Assembly (NCBI GenBank): GCA_046303675.1
Contig: JBKCFW010000192.1
Coordinates: 4,021-68,020, forward strand
Direction: 5' to 3'
Source: a bacterium
Lineage (GTDB): Bacteria; Bacteroidota; Bacteroidia; Chitinophagales; Chitinophagaceae
Length of the DNA stretch: 64,000 bases
The position numbers and the translations under genes are program-made. Below, in pieces: positions 46,698-55,162 of the stretch. Position 1 is the first letter of the stretch. Each line of letters opens with the position of its first letter. A model generated the notes under the pieces. The model was not told the DNA's origin, searched no databases, and was given only the letters and a program-made list of their open reading frames with translations.

Positions 46698-47579
46698 ATG
46701 TCTCTTTTATTCCAGTTGTACAGGGTAGTGGTCCCAAAGCCAATTCGTACCAAAATTCTATTGAATTCGTTGAGGAAAAAAATACCTGCATTTCATGAGG
46801 CCGATCCGTCATTTGTAAATGATCCTGAAAGAAAAGAGGTAATTGAATTCGTAAAAAAGAATGGAGTAGAAGTCTTTCCTTATTCCTTCACAGAACAATA
46901 TGTTGAATCAGATATAGATGTTTTTCTTGATGAACAATCTGGGATGAGGTATGTGCTGATGGATGGTAAACGTTTGTATTTTAAGAAGCGATGGACTGCG
47001 TCACGCATACGTCGTTCTTTTCATGATCTATCCCTTGAGCAGGATAATAAGAGTCCACATCGTTATCTATCTGAAGATTTCAAGCTTGCTGACGGTGATG
47101 TTCTGGCTGATGTAGGTGCTGCAGAGGGAAATTTTTCTCTTTCGGTAATTGAAGCTGTGAAGAAGGTCTATTTATTCGAATCAGATCCTGAGTGGATCGA
47201 GGCGCTGAAAAAAACCTTTGAACCTTGGCGTGAGAAGGTGGAAATTATTCCCAAATTCATTTCAGATAAAAATGATGCGCGTAACTATACTGGGGATAAT
47301 TTTTTTGCAGATAAGGAGCTAAATTTTCTGAAGATCGATGTTGATGGTGGAGAGCGAAAATTACTCAAGGGCTTCGATGATATACTTAGTCAAAGGACTA
47401 ATCTGAAAATTGCGTTATGTACATACCATCAACATGATGATGAAATTGAGTTTTCTGCTTTACTACGTAATAAAGGATTTTCAGTTACTCCTTCAAGAGG
47501 ATATATGATCTTTTATTATGATAAAAAGCTAAAGGCGCCTTATCTCCGAAGGGCACTGCTAAGGGCAGTAAAATCATAA
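46698..47579 (+). CDS. FkbM-family SAM-dependent methyltransferase
   Basis: DVGAAEGNFSL, LKIDVDGGE. ATG at 46698 is preferred over the TTG at 46692. Confidence 0.7.
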   Translation: MSLLFQLYRVVVPKPIRTKILLNSLRKKIPAFHEADPSFVNDPERKEVIEFVKKNGVEVFPYSFTEQYVESDIDVFLDEQSGMRYVLMDGKRLYFKKRWTASRIRRSFHDLSLEQDNKSPHRYLSEDFKLADGDVLADVGAAEGNFSLSVIEAVKKVYLFESDPEWIEALKKTFEPWREKVEIIPKFISDKNDARNYTGDNFFADKELNFLKIDVDGGERKLLKGFDDILSQRTNLKIALCTYHQHDDEIEFSALLRNKGFSVTPSRGYMIFYYDKKLKAPYLRRALLRAVKS

Positions 47580-47582
47580 CAA

Positions 47583-48128
47583 ATGGAATGGAAAATATTG
47601 AAGTCTGAGTACCTGTTCAAAGACCTCTGGTTCACTGTGAGAAAGGACAGTTGCGAAAGAAAAGACGGAAGCAAAGTTGATCCTTATTATGTGTACGAAT
47701 TCCCTACATGGGTCACAGCGGTGGCCATCACTGAGGAAGGGGAATTTATTTTCGAAAGACAATACCGACATGCAATTGGACTTACAATGATGGAGATACC
47801 CGGGGGTTGTGTTGATGATGATGAGGGAATTGAAAATGCGATTGCAAGAGAACTTTTGGAAGAAACCGGCTATGAATTCTCCTCTTTTGAATGCCTTGGC
47901 AAAACATCTGCCAATCCTTCAACCAATAATAATTGGATGTACTTTTTTCTGGCCAGGGGTGGCAGGAAAGTGGCAGAACAATCGCTTGATGAGAACGAGG
48001 AGATTGAAGTTCAGTTGCTAACCCAGGATAAAGTCATAGAACTCTTAAAAACGAATCAGATCCACCAGAGCATGCACGTTACGGCACTTTTTTATGCCTT
48101 GAACAGATTGGGAGTAATTAATTATTGA
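47583..48128 (+). CDS. NUDIX hydrolase
   Basis: 181 aa. Nudix box GG.VDDDEGIENAIARELLEETGY. Confidence 0.9.
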   Translation: MEWKILKSEYLFKDLWFTVRKDSCERKDGSKVDPYYVYEFPTWVTAVAITEEGEFIFERQYRHAIGLTMMEIPGGCVDDDEGIENAIARELLEETGYEFSSFECLGKTSANPSTNNNWMYFFLARGGRKVAEQSLDENEEIEVQLLTQDKVIELLKTNQIHQSMHVTALFYALNRLGVINY

Positions 48129-49425
48129 ATATTTCATCTCTGTCAACTTCTCCAACCACAAAGATGCTGCCGCATACCACAATAAGATCGTCTTTTTGTG
48201 CAATCTTGAGGCATGCGCTGATGGCATGATTTACATGCTCATAGGAGCTACCATTCAATCCAGCCTCTGTTGCTATCTTTTCCAGTGCTGAGATCTCCAT
48301 CGCTCTGGGTATCTGGGCTTTTGTGTAGCAATATGTTGCTTTTTTGGGCAGCAGTGCAATTACTTTTTCGACATCCTTATCTTTTGACATACCAAGGACA
48401 ATAAATAATCGGGAATGTTTTACACTGTTGATCTGCTTGATCACATTCTTGATGCCATCTTCATTATGGGCAACATCAAGGATAACGAATGGGTCTTTTT
48501 GCAGCAGCTCCCATCTGCCTCCAAGTCCGGTTAACGTTTTAACGCGTCTTATTCCATCGCATACATCCTCTGGTTGGATCTGCCATCCCTTTTGACATAG
48601 TATTTTTATAGCAGCCAGCACTGTTCTGATGTTCTCATGTTGATACAAACCTGGCAGCTCACTTTCAATCGTCATAGACTCATTATTCGCCTTTTCTGTT
48701 ATGCACAAAACCAACGAGTGAGGTTGACTCTCAATAATTTCGCAGTTCCAGTCCTGATCCGCAAAATAGATCTTGGCGTTTTCCATTTCCGCTTTGTTTA
48801 AAAACACCTCTCTGGTTTCCGGTGTGGTACGTCCAATGACAACAGGCGTTTCGTACTTTATTATCCCCGCTTTTTCACCTGCGATCTTCTCAAGCGTATT
48901 TCCTAAAATTTGCTCATGATCAAATCCAATGTTTGTTATGATCGATACATCCGGAAGAATTATATTGGTGCTGTCAAGCCGGCCGCCTAAACCGGTTTCA
49001 ATGATCGCAATATCCACTTGCTCATCAGCAAAATAAGTAAAGGCCATTCCTACGGTAACTTCAAAGAAAGAGGGACTTATTTCTTCAATGACAGGCATCA
49101 TCATTTCAGTGTAACGAATGACTTTTTCCTCTGGAATCATCTCCCCTCCGATTTTGATTCGTTCTCTAAAATCCTTGAGGTGGGGAGAGGTATACAAGCC
49201 TGTTTTGTAGCCTGCTGTTTGAAAGACGGCTGCAAGCATATGACTTACTGAGCCTTTGCCGTTGGTCCCTGCAACATGAATAGTTTTAATTTTCTTTTCT
49301 GGATTGCCCAATTTGCGGCAGATCGCTATTGTATTGCTAAGATCAATTTTTAGCGCTGCATGGCCCATTTTGCTGAACAAGGGCAATTTGGCATAGAGAT
49401 AGTCCAGGCATTCGGCATAATTCAT
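48118..49425 (-). CDS. folC: bifunctional folylpolyglutamate synthase / dihydrofolate synthase
   Basis: 435 aa. HVAGTNGKGS P-loop and Mur-ligase layout. Confidence 0.93.
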   Translation of the reverse strand: MNYAECLDYLYAKLPLFSKMGHAALKIDLSNTIAICRKLGNPEKKIKTIHVAGTNGKGSVSHMLAAVFQTAGYKTGLYTSPHLKDFRERIKIGGEMIPEEKVIRYTEMMMPVIEEISPSFFEVTVGMAFTYFADEQVDIAIIETGLGGRLDSTNIILPDVSIITNIGFDHEQILGNTLEKIAGEKAGIIKYETPVVIGRTTPETREVFLNKAEMENAKIYFADQDWNCEIIESQPHSLVLCITEKANNESMTIESELPGLYQHENIRTVLAAIKILCQKGWQIQPEDVCDGIRRVKTLTGLGGRWELLQKDPFVILDVAHNEDGIKNVIKQINSVKHSRLFIVLGMSKDKDVEKVIALLPKKATYCYTKAQIPRAMEISALEKIATEAGLNGSSYEHVNHAISACLKIAQKDDLIVVCGSIFVVGEVDRDEIFNN

Positions 49426-49522
49426 ATTGCAAAGATATTGATGTCTTTTTGTTAAAAACGGATGGATAAAATATCCTTACCCACAATCACAGCTTAGCTG
49501 ATGCTTCTTTATCTTCGTAGGT

Positions 49523-50638
49523 ATGAGTATGTTGTTCTGGATTCCCATTTCGTTGTTCTCCCTATTAACAATCATTCAACTCTATTTTTACCTCAGGTAT
49601 TTCAGGCTTCTTGCTTTTTATAAAAAACCTAAAAGCGATATGCACTTGGAGCATGCGGTCAGTGTAGTCGTCTGCGCGCGGGATGAAGCCGATGAGATCG
49701 AAGTTAATCTTCCAGGAATCTTGGTTCAGTCATACAGGAGCACCCATGAGGTGGTTGTTGTGAATGATAACTCGCATGACGACACAAAATATCTACTTGA
49801 AGGCTTGTATAAACAGTTCAAACAGCTTCACATTGTAGAATTAAAACAGGAGGCAGTACACATACCCGGAAAGAAATTTCCATTATCGATGGGTATTAAG
49901 TCTGCCAAATATGAATTATTGTTGTTGACGGATGCCGATTGCATACCTGCTTCAGAACATTGGTTAAAGAAGATGCAGGACGCTTTTCTGCCTGGGATTG
50001 AGATCGTCCTTGGGTACGGAGCATATAAAAAGAAAAAGGGCCTTCTCAACAAAATTGTACGTTTCGATGCTTTTCATACTGCGATTCAATACTTGTCTTC
50101 TGCAATTGCAGGAAAAGCATATATGGGTGTAGGAAGAAATCTTGCCTATAAAAAGGAACTTTTCTTCAAGCACAAGGGGTTTGCCAAACACCACCACCTC
50201 TCTGGCGGAGATGATGATCTTTTTATCAACGGTGCAGCAACCGGCCACAATACAGCGGTGGTGATTGATCCTGAAGCTTTTACCTATTCTTCCACGCCGG
50301 AATCCTGGGATGAGTGGGTGGTGCAAAAAGAAAGGCACAATGCAGCTGGTAAATATTATAAAGCAAAGGATCGATTGAGATTGGGATTTTACATCGTTTC
50401 TCATTTTCTTTATTATCCAATTTTTGTGGCGGCATTGCTGACATTCGACTGGCGATGGGTCGTTGGTATTTTCTTGTGTAGAATGTTGACGCAGGCTATT
50501 GTTTTTGGCCTTTCAATGAAAAAATTATCTGAATCTGATCTGTTTCCTTTCTTTTGGCTTTGGGACCTATGGATGTTTTTTTATTATCTTTCTTTTGCAT
50601 CTTCTTTATGGAAAAAGCCCAAGACCCAATGGAGTTAA
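49523..50638 (+). CDS. family 2 glycosyltransferase (membrane-anchored)
   Basis: 371 aa. VSVVVCARDE, TDADC, and C-terminal TM helices. Confidence 0.8.
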   Translation: MSMLFWIPISLFSLLTIIQLYFYLRYFRLLAFYKKPKSDMHLEHAVSVVVCARDEADEIEVNLPGILVQSYRSTHEVVVVNDNSHDDTKYLLEGLYKQFKQLHIVELKQEAVHIPGKKFPLSMGIKSAKYELLLLTDADCIPASEHWLKKMQDAFLPGIEIVLGYGAYKKKKGLLNKIVRFDAFHTAIQYLSSAIAGKAYMGVGRNLAYKKELFFKHKGFAKHHHLSGGDDDLFINGAATGHNTAVVIDPEAFTYSSTPESWDEWVVQKERHNAAGKYYKAKDRLRLGFYIVSHFLYYPIFVAALLTFDWRWVVGIFLCRMLTQAIVFGLSMKKLSESDLFPFFWLWDLWMFFYYLSFASSLWKKPKTQWS

Positions 50639-51255
50639 TACGACAATATTTTGATGATTTCTCTGAAATGCAGTTGTCGCAATTTGCTCAATTACAAGAC
50701 ATCTATCAAGAATGGAATGAAAAAATAAATGTCATATCAAGAAAAGATATTGGATCCCTTTATGAAAAACATGTCCTTCATTCTCTTGCTATTGCAGCGG
50801 AGTATAGTTTTGATGACGGTATACAGGTGATTGACATAGGTACAGGTGGAGGTTTTCCCGGAATTCCCTTAGCTATTTTTTTTCCGGGTGTCGAATTCCA
50901 TTTGGTCGACTCCATTGCAAAAAAGCTGAAGGTTGTTGATGCGGTTATTGAGAAGGTTGGGTTAAAGAATGTGACAACGGAACATACAAGGGCTGAAGAT
51001 ATAAAAGGCAGGAAATTCGACTTTGCTGTCTCAAGAGCAGTGGCGCCTCTGAAAGATCTATGGCGTTGGAGTAAGCCACTGTTGCGCAACGAAAGAAAAA
51101 TGGAAGGCCTAAAAAATGGGTTGATTTGCCTGAAGGGAGGTGATTTGACGCAGGAAATTGCAGATTCTAATTTAAGGCCCTATGTTTATGATATTCATGG
51201 ATTATTCCCTGAGCCTTATTTTGAGGAAAAATACATACTGTATGTGCCAATGTAA
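50629..51255 (+). CDS. rsmG: 16S rRNA (guanine527-N7)-methyltransferase RsmG
   Basis: ATG at 50629 (MELIRQYF...Q...Y..L..WN.KIN..S). DIGTGGGFPGIPLAI. Overlaps the GT2 stop by 10 nt. Confidence 0.92.
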   Translation: MELIRQYFDDFSEMQLSQFAQLQDIYQEWNEKINVISRKDIGSLYEKHVLHSLAIAAEYSFDDGIQVIDIGTGGGFPGIPLAIFFPGVEFHLVDSIAKKLKVVDAVIEKVGLKNVTTEHTRAEDIKGRKFDFAVSRAVAPLKDLWRWSKPLLRNERKMEGLKNGLICLKGGDLTQEIADSNLRPYVYDIHGLFPEPYFEEKYILYVPM

Positions 51256-51341
51256 ATTTTTACCATAACGCATTTTTTCGCTAGTGTTTTTTATAACTTT
51301 CTTCGCTTAACCTTGTTTATTATAACATTGAGAATTATTAT

Positions 51342-51989
51342 ATGGAAAAAGACATCAAGGTTAGTGTAGTTGAGGATAATCATTTTATCCGTACGGCTTT
51401 GGAACAAATCATTCAAGGTGTTAGCGGTTATGAAATGGTGGGTGTATTTGCATCCGGAGAAGAGGCTATCGTTAAAATACCTGAAGTTGCTCCTGATGTT
51501 GTACTCATGGATATTAATATGGGCAAGATGAATGGTATCGAGGCGGTTAAGATTTTAAAAAGTCAATGTCCAAATATACTTTTCATGATGTGTACGGTAT
51601 ATGAGGATGATGAGAAAATCTTTGAAGCACTTGCCGCCGGCGCCAGTGGGTACATCCTCAAAAAGACCAAGCCCGCTGAAATGATCTCAGCCATTAAAGA
51701 CCTTTATGAAGGCGGAGCGCCCATGACCAGTCAGATTGCAAGTAAAGTTGTAGCGAGTTTCAGAAAAAAAGAGGAAGTTCGGGATGAGTTGATCGAGAAA
51801 TTGTCTTCAAGGGAATATGAAATTCTGGAGTTGCTGGTCAAGGGAAGATTATACAAGGAAATTGCCGTTGCTCTTGTGATATCTCAGGAGACCGTAAGAA
51901 AGCATGTGTACAATGTTTACAAGAAGTTACACATCAATAACAGGGTAGAGGCGTATAACAAATACTACAACAGCCGAAAAACACCGTGA
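51342..51989 (+). CDS. NarL/FixJ (LuxR-type HTH) response regulator
   Basis: 215 aa. REC domain (VVEDN..., PDVVLMDINM), and a C-terminal LS.RE.EIL.L...G..YKEIA..L.IS..TV..H..N.Y.KL. Confidence 0.93.
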   Translation: MEKDIKVSVVEDNHFIRTALEQIIQGVSGYEMVGVFASGEEAIVKIPEVAPDVVLMDINMGKMNGIEAVKILKSQCPNILFMMCTVYEDDEKIFEALAAGASGYILKKTKPAEMISAIKDLYEGGAPMTSQIASKVVASFRKKEEVRDELIEKLSSREYEILELLVKGRLYKEIAVALVISQETVRKHVYNVYKKLHINNRVEAYNKYYNSRKTP

Positions 51990-51998
51990 AATAACCTT

Positions 51999-52334
51999 TT
52001 ATAATGAGGCGAGAAAGTTTTTTACTTTGCCTATTTTTATCTCAGTTTCCTTGATGGTGCTGCTTAATTTTTCCTGGTGTTGTGAAGTAAGGCCTTCTGT
52101 TTGTGCGATCTGCATCAATTCATCATATTGATTAATCAAATCATCCAGCTCAAAGATCACAAGGCTGGGTTTTATTTTGTGAAGTGCGAATTTGATCTGA
52201 TCCATTTGTTTATGTTGCGTAATTGACACAAACAATTCTTTGAAAGCTTCAAAGTCATGAAGAAAAATTGATGTAATCCTTCGGTTCATCACTGGGTCAC
52301 TTCCCGTCATGTTGTTCAATCGTTTAAATTCCAT
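51999..52334 (-). CDS. small Hpt-like (histidine phosphotransfer) domain protein
   Basis: 111 aa, all-helical. ALHKIKPS resembles the H-x-[LIV]-K-[GP]-S phospho-histidine motif. Confidence 0.5.
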   Translation of the reverse strand: MEFKRLNNMTGSDPVMNRRITSIFLHDFEAFKELFVSITQHKQMDQIKFALHKIKPSLVIFELDDLINQYDELMQIAQTEGLTSQHQEKLSSTIKETEIKIGKVKNFLASL

Positions 52335-52435
52335 GGTATCTTCTTGTAGGAGTTATTGAATTGCTTGTATGTCAGTTAGACATCAAGAAGGGAGCAAAAT
52401 TAGGCATTTAAATGGAGAGTTTTTCTTTTCATCAG

Positions 52436-53068
52436 TCATGATGAAAGTTGACTCACTACTTCCTTGTCAGTCAATTGCTTAAAGTTGTTGTAATATGCCC
52501 CAATTCCTACAAAATACTGCGGTTGCAGTAGACAAATGAAAAGGTCTGAGATCTCTTGCATGACATTGACCGTATTTGCAGCACAAACGGGCGTTGCGAT
52601 GATGATCTTTTTTGCTTTTTGTTTTTTCATGACTGTAACCGCCAATTTGAGACAAATTCCGGTTGCAATTCCATCATCAACCAATATGACTATTTTATCG
52701 ATCAATTCGTTGATATCGTAATGGTGTCCAAATCTCGATTTCATTTCCTTGATCCTTAATCTTGCGCCGATAATTTTTTTATTGGTATAATCTTCGTCAA
52801 TGTTTTCATTGTTGATGATCAATTCATCTTCTTCAGTGACTGCGCCGATAGCGTACTCTTCATTGACCGGATGGCCAATTTTTTTAACATAGCACAGTCT
52901 GAGTGGGATATGCAATTCCTCTGCAATTACTTTTCCAACGGGAACTCCTCCCCGTGGTAGAGCAATTATAAAATCCGCTTTGATCTTTCTTTTCTTGATC
53001 TCTAGTGCCAATGCTTTGCCTGCCTCCTCTCTGTCTTCAAATCTCTCTATATCATCATCAAACATCAT
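52436..53068 (-). CDS. phosphoribosyltransferase-family protein
   Basis: 210 aa. ..ALPRGGVPV.., and the PRPP loop VILVDDGIATG. Confidence 0.85.
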   Translation of the reverse strand: MMFDDDIERFEDREEAGKALALEIKKRKIKADFIIALPRGGVPVGKVIAEELHIPLRLCYVKKIGHPVNEEYAIGAVTEEDELIINNENIDEDYTNKKIIGARLRIKEMKSRFGHHYDINELIDKIVILVDDGIATGICLKLAVTVMKKQKAKKIIIATPVCAANTVNVMQEISDLFICLLQPQYFVGIGAYYNNFKQLTDKEVVSQLSS

Positions 53069-53523
53069 TACCTTTTTTCAAATCTCCCACACTTCTCATT
53101 TATTTTTATGGCGAACATGATCGGCTTTATTCTTTCGTCGTCTGGAAGTTCATGTCCTTTTCCCTCATCATGCTCGTGTTTGTGTATTTCTGATCTGGTC
53201 ATTAGCGGCACCATCTTGTTTATCAATAAATCGCGCACTCTTTTTTCTGCCTCTCCCACCTGTTCTTCAAATTGTCCGAATACCAATACACTCTGCCATG
53301 TTGAGGTGTTGTTTGTTATGTCTACTTGAAAGCAGACATTAGGATTTTCACGCATCAGTTCGATTTTTTTCCCTTCAAACGATTGTCCATAGATGAATTT
53401 CCCGTCATAGGTATAAATTACCGGAACCACGTATGGATGGTTTTTCGCACAACAGGCAAGATGTCCGATAGCCTGACTTGAAAGTACATTGTTGATCTCT
53501 TGTTCGTTGAGTTCTCCCGTCAT
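53068..53523 (-). CDS. pyridoxamine 5'-phosphate oxidase-family (FMN-binding split-barrel) protein
   Basis: 151 aa. ..GHLAC...N.PYVVP..Y.YDG..IY..S..G.K.......NP.VCFQVD. Its stop overlaps the PRTase start by 1 nt. Confidence 0.8.
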   Translation of the reverse strand: MTGELNEQEINNVLSSQAIGHLACCAKNHPYVVPVIYTYDGKFIYGQSFEGKKIELMRENPNVCFQVDITNNTSTWQSVLVFGQFEEQVGEAEKRVRDLLINKMVPLMTRSEIHKHEHDEGKGHELPDDERIKPIMFAIKINEKCGRFEKR

Positions 53524-53599
53524 GTAGTTTATTTAGGTATTCAATCTACATGCATCGGTATGATCCGTGGATGATTGCGATCATTATGTTGTATGATTA

Positions 53600-53749
53600 T
53601 TATTTCTTTGATCTGCATCTATCGCTGCAGTAGAGTACTTCTGGCCAGCATCTTTCCCATTTTTTCCTCCAGGAAAAAGGTCTGCCGCATGCTTTACATA
53701 TTTTTTGCGGGAGATGTTGCTTTTTGATATTTTTCTTGGTACCGGCCAT
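53600..53749 (-). CDS. DUF2256-type small zinc-ribbon protein (49 aa; not in the ORF track)
   Basis: My own translation gives [49 protein letters not shown]. The KxCxxCGRPFxWRKKWxxxWxxVxYCSxRCR pattern matches DUF2256 as I recall it. The ATG lies 2 nt after the stop of the PLD-family gene. Confidence 0.8.
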   Translation of the reverse strand: MAGTKKNIKKQHLPQKICKACGRPFSWRKKWERCWPEVLYCSDRCRSKK

Positions 53750-53751
53750 CC

Positions 53752-54939
53752 TTATATGGAGCTACTTCTTTTTTGTCTGGTGAAGTAAAATGTGAAAAGT
53801 GTAAACAAGAATCGTACAGTTTCGTAAGAGATCCATTGTGTTAATTTTTCAAACGTGCTGAATGAGTTGATCACGGTCATAGGCTTCACCCTTTCGCAAT
53901 CTTCTTGTATTATTTTAATGAATGTTGAATATACATGTCTGGCAAACTCCGGTTCTTCTACATCCACATTGAGTTCAATGCTTGCCAGTGCACTGATGTC
54001 ATTGACATTGTATGATCCGATGGTAACTATTCTGTTGTCACATATTGCCACCTTGCCATGCAAGATATTGTGTTTGTATTCATAAATCTCAATGCCATGA
54101 CGGACAGCCCATCTGTACAAATATCGTTCGGCATATTTTGCAATGCCAACATCAGATAAACCTGCAAGTATCAGTTTGATGTTCACCCCGCGTTTGGCTG
54201 CTTTTAATATATTGTGCTTGAAAAAAGTACTAGGGATAAAGTAGCTCGACATGATGATGATCTCTCGCTGGGCGTTTTTGAACATTTCCATGTAGCTTGC
54301 TGAAATTTCATTCTTGTTCATGACCCAGTCATTTCTTCTTATTCGGATAGGACAATGAAACCTTTCATGAAATTTGTCTGTGATTATTTTTTTAACGGCC
54401 TCGATACTATCATTAGGTTTCTTTGTATACAGCTGATCACATAATTTATATAGCTCATAAGCAGCATCACCCTCTACTTTAATCGCCCAGTCCAACCATG
54501 CCGGTTTTCCGGGCAGATCATTGTATTTGTCGGATATATTGATCCCTCCCACCAATGCTTTTTCGGCGTCGGTCACCAAAATTTTATGGTGAAGCCTGCG
54601 GCCAAAATAAAAATTTCCTCCTTTTAGAATCGGTTCAAAAAACCTAAGGCCTATGCCGCTGCTCCTGAGATCATTTTTGAAATGTGCACTAAGACTCCTT
54701 GAAGCATATCCATCTAACAACATTTGAACCTTAACGCCTCTCTTGGAAGCATTGATGAGTTTAAGGGCGATGGATTTTCCCGTTTGGTCCTCTTCAAAAA
54801 TATACACATGCAGCTGAATGCTGTGTTTTGCATGTTCAATCATCTCTTCCATGATTGAAAAATATTCAACCCCACCTCTAATCAAAGTGGGTTTGTTATT
54901 GAATGTATATGTTGTTTTTACCCTGCTTTTTGATGACAT
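53752..54939 (-). CDS. phospholipase D-family protein / ClsB-like cardiolipin synthase
   Basis: 395 aa with two HKD motifs (LHHKILVTD....[12 protein letters not shown]....GS.N). Confidence 0.88.
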   Translation of the reverse strand: MSSKSRVKTTYTFNNKPTLIRGGVEYFSIMEEMIEHAKHSIQLHVYIFEEDQTGKSIALKLINASKRGVKVQMLLDGYASRSLSAHFKNDLRSSGIGLRFFEPILKGGNFYFGRRLHHKILVTDAEKALVGGINISDKYNDLPGKPAWLDWAIKVEGDAAYELYKLCDQLYTKKPNDSIEAVKKIITDKFHERFHCPIRIRRNDWVMNKNEISASYMEMFKNAQREIIIMSSYFIPSTFFKHNILKAAKRGVNIKLILAGLSDVGIAKYAERYLYRWAVRHGIEIYEYKHNILHGKVAICDNRIVTIGSYNVNDISALASIELNVDVEEPEFARHVYSTFIKIIQEDCERVKPMTVINSFSTFEKLTQWISYETVRFLFTLFTFYFTRQKRSSSI

Positions 54940-55127
54940 ATCAACAAAGAAAAATAATCGATCAAAACATTAAGATTGATGATTCCCGTCATAATAACGC
55001 ATGAAACGAGTTAGATGTTTCAGGCGAACGCCAAAACCCCCTGACATGGTGTTTTTCTACGCTGAAAATACCATAAAATAATGCGTGAAGCAGGAGTCTT
55101 TTGTTGCTTTCTGATCATTTGCTTTCG

Positions 55128-55135
55128 TACTTTTG
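55128..55135 (+). promoter_or_regulatory. -7 box TACTTTTG upstream of mutS
   Basis: Exact TAnnTTTG match. It overlaps the TTG (55133) used by the ORF track, which argues for the ATG at 55163 as the true start. Confidence 0.45.
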
Positions 55136-55162
55136 AGCACATTCTCAGAAGGCCGGCATACG

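Noticed and set aside
39140-49425. thyA-folA-methyltransferase with folC 8 kb away, considered as a possible folate island or as carrying a THF riboswitch.
   Set aside because: thyA-folA adjacency is commonplace. The intervening genes (pnt, rsm, LysM, FkbM, NUDIX) are unrelated to folate metabolism. The short leaders leave no room for a riboswitch.
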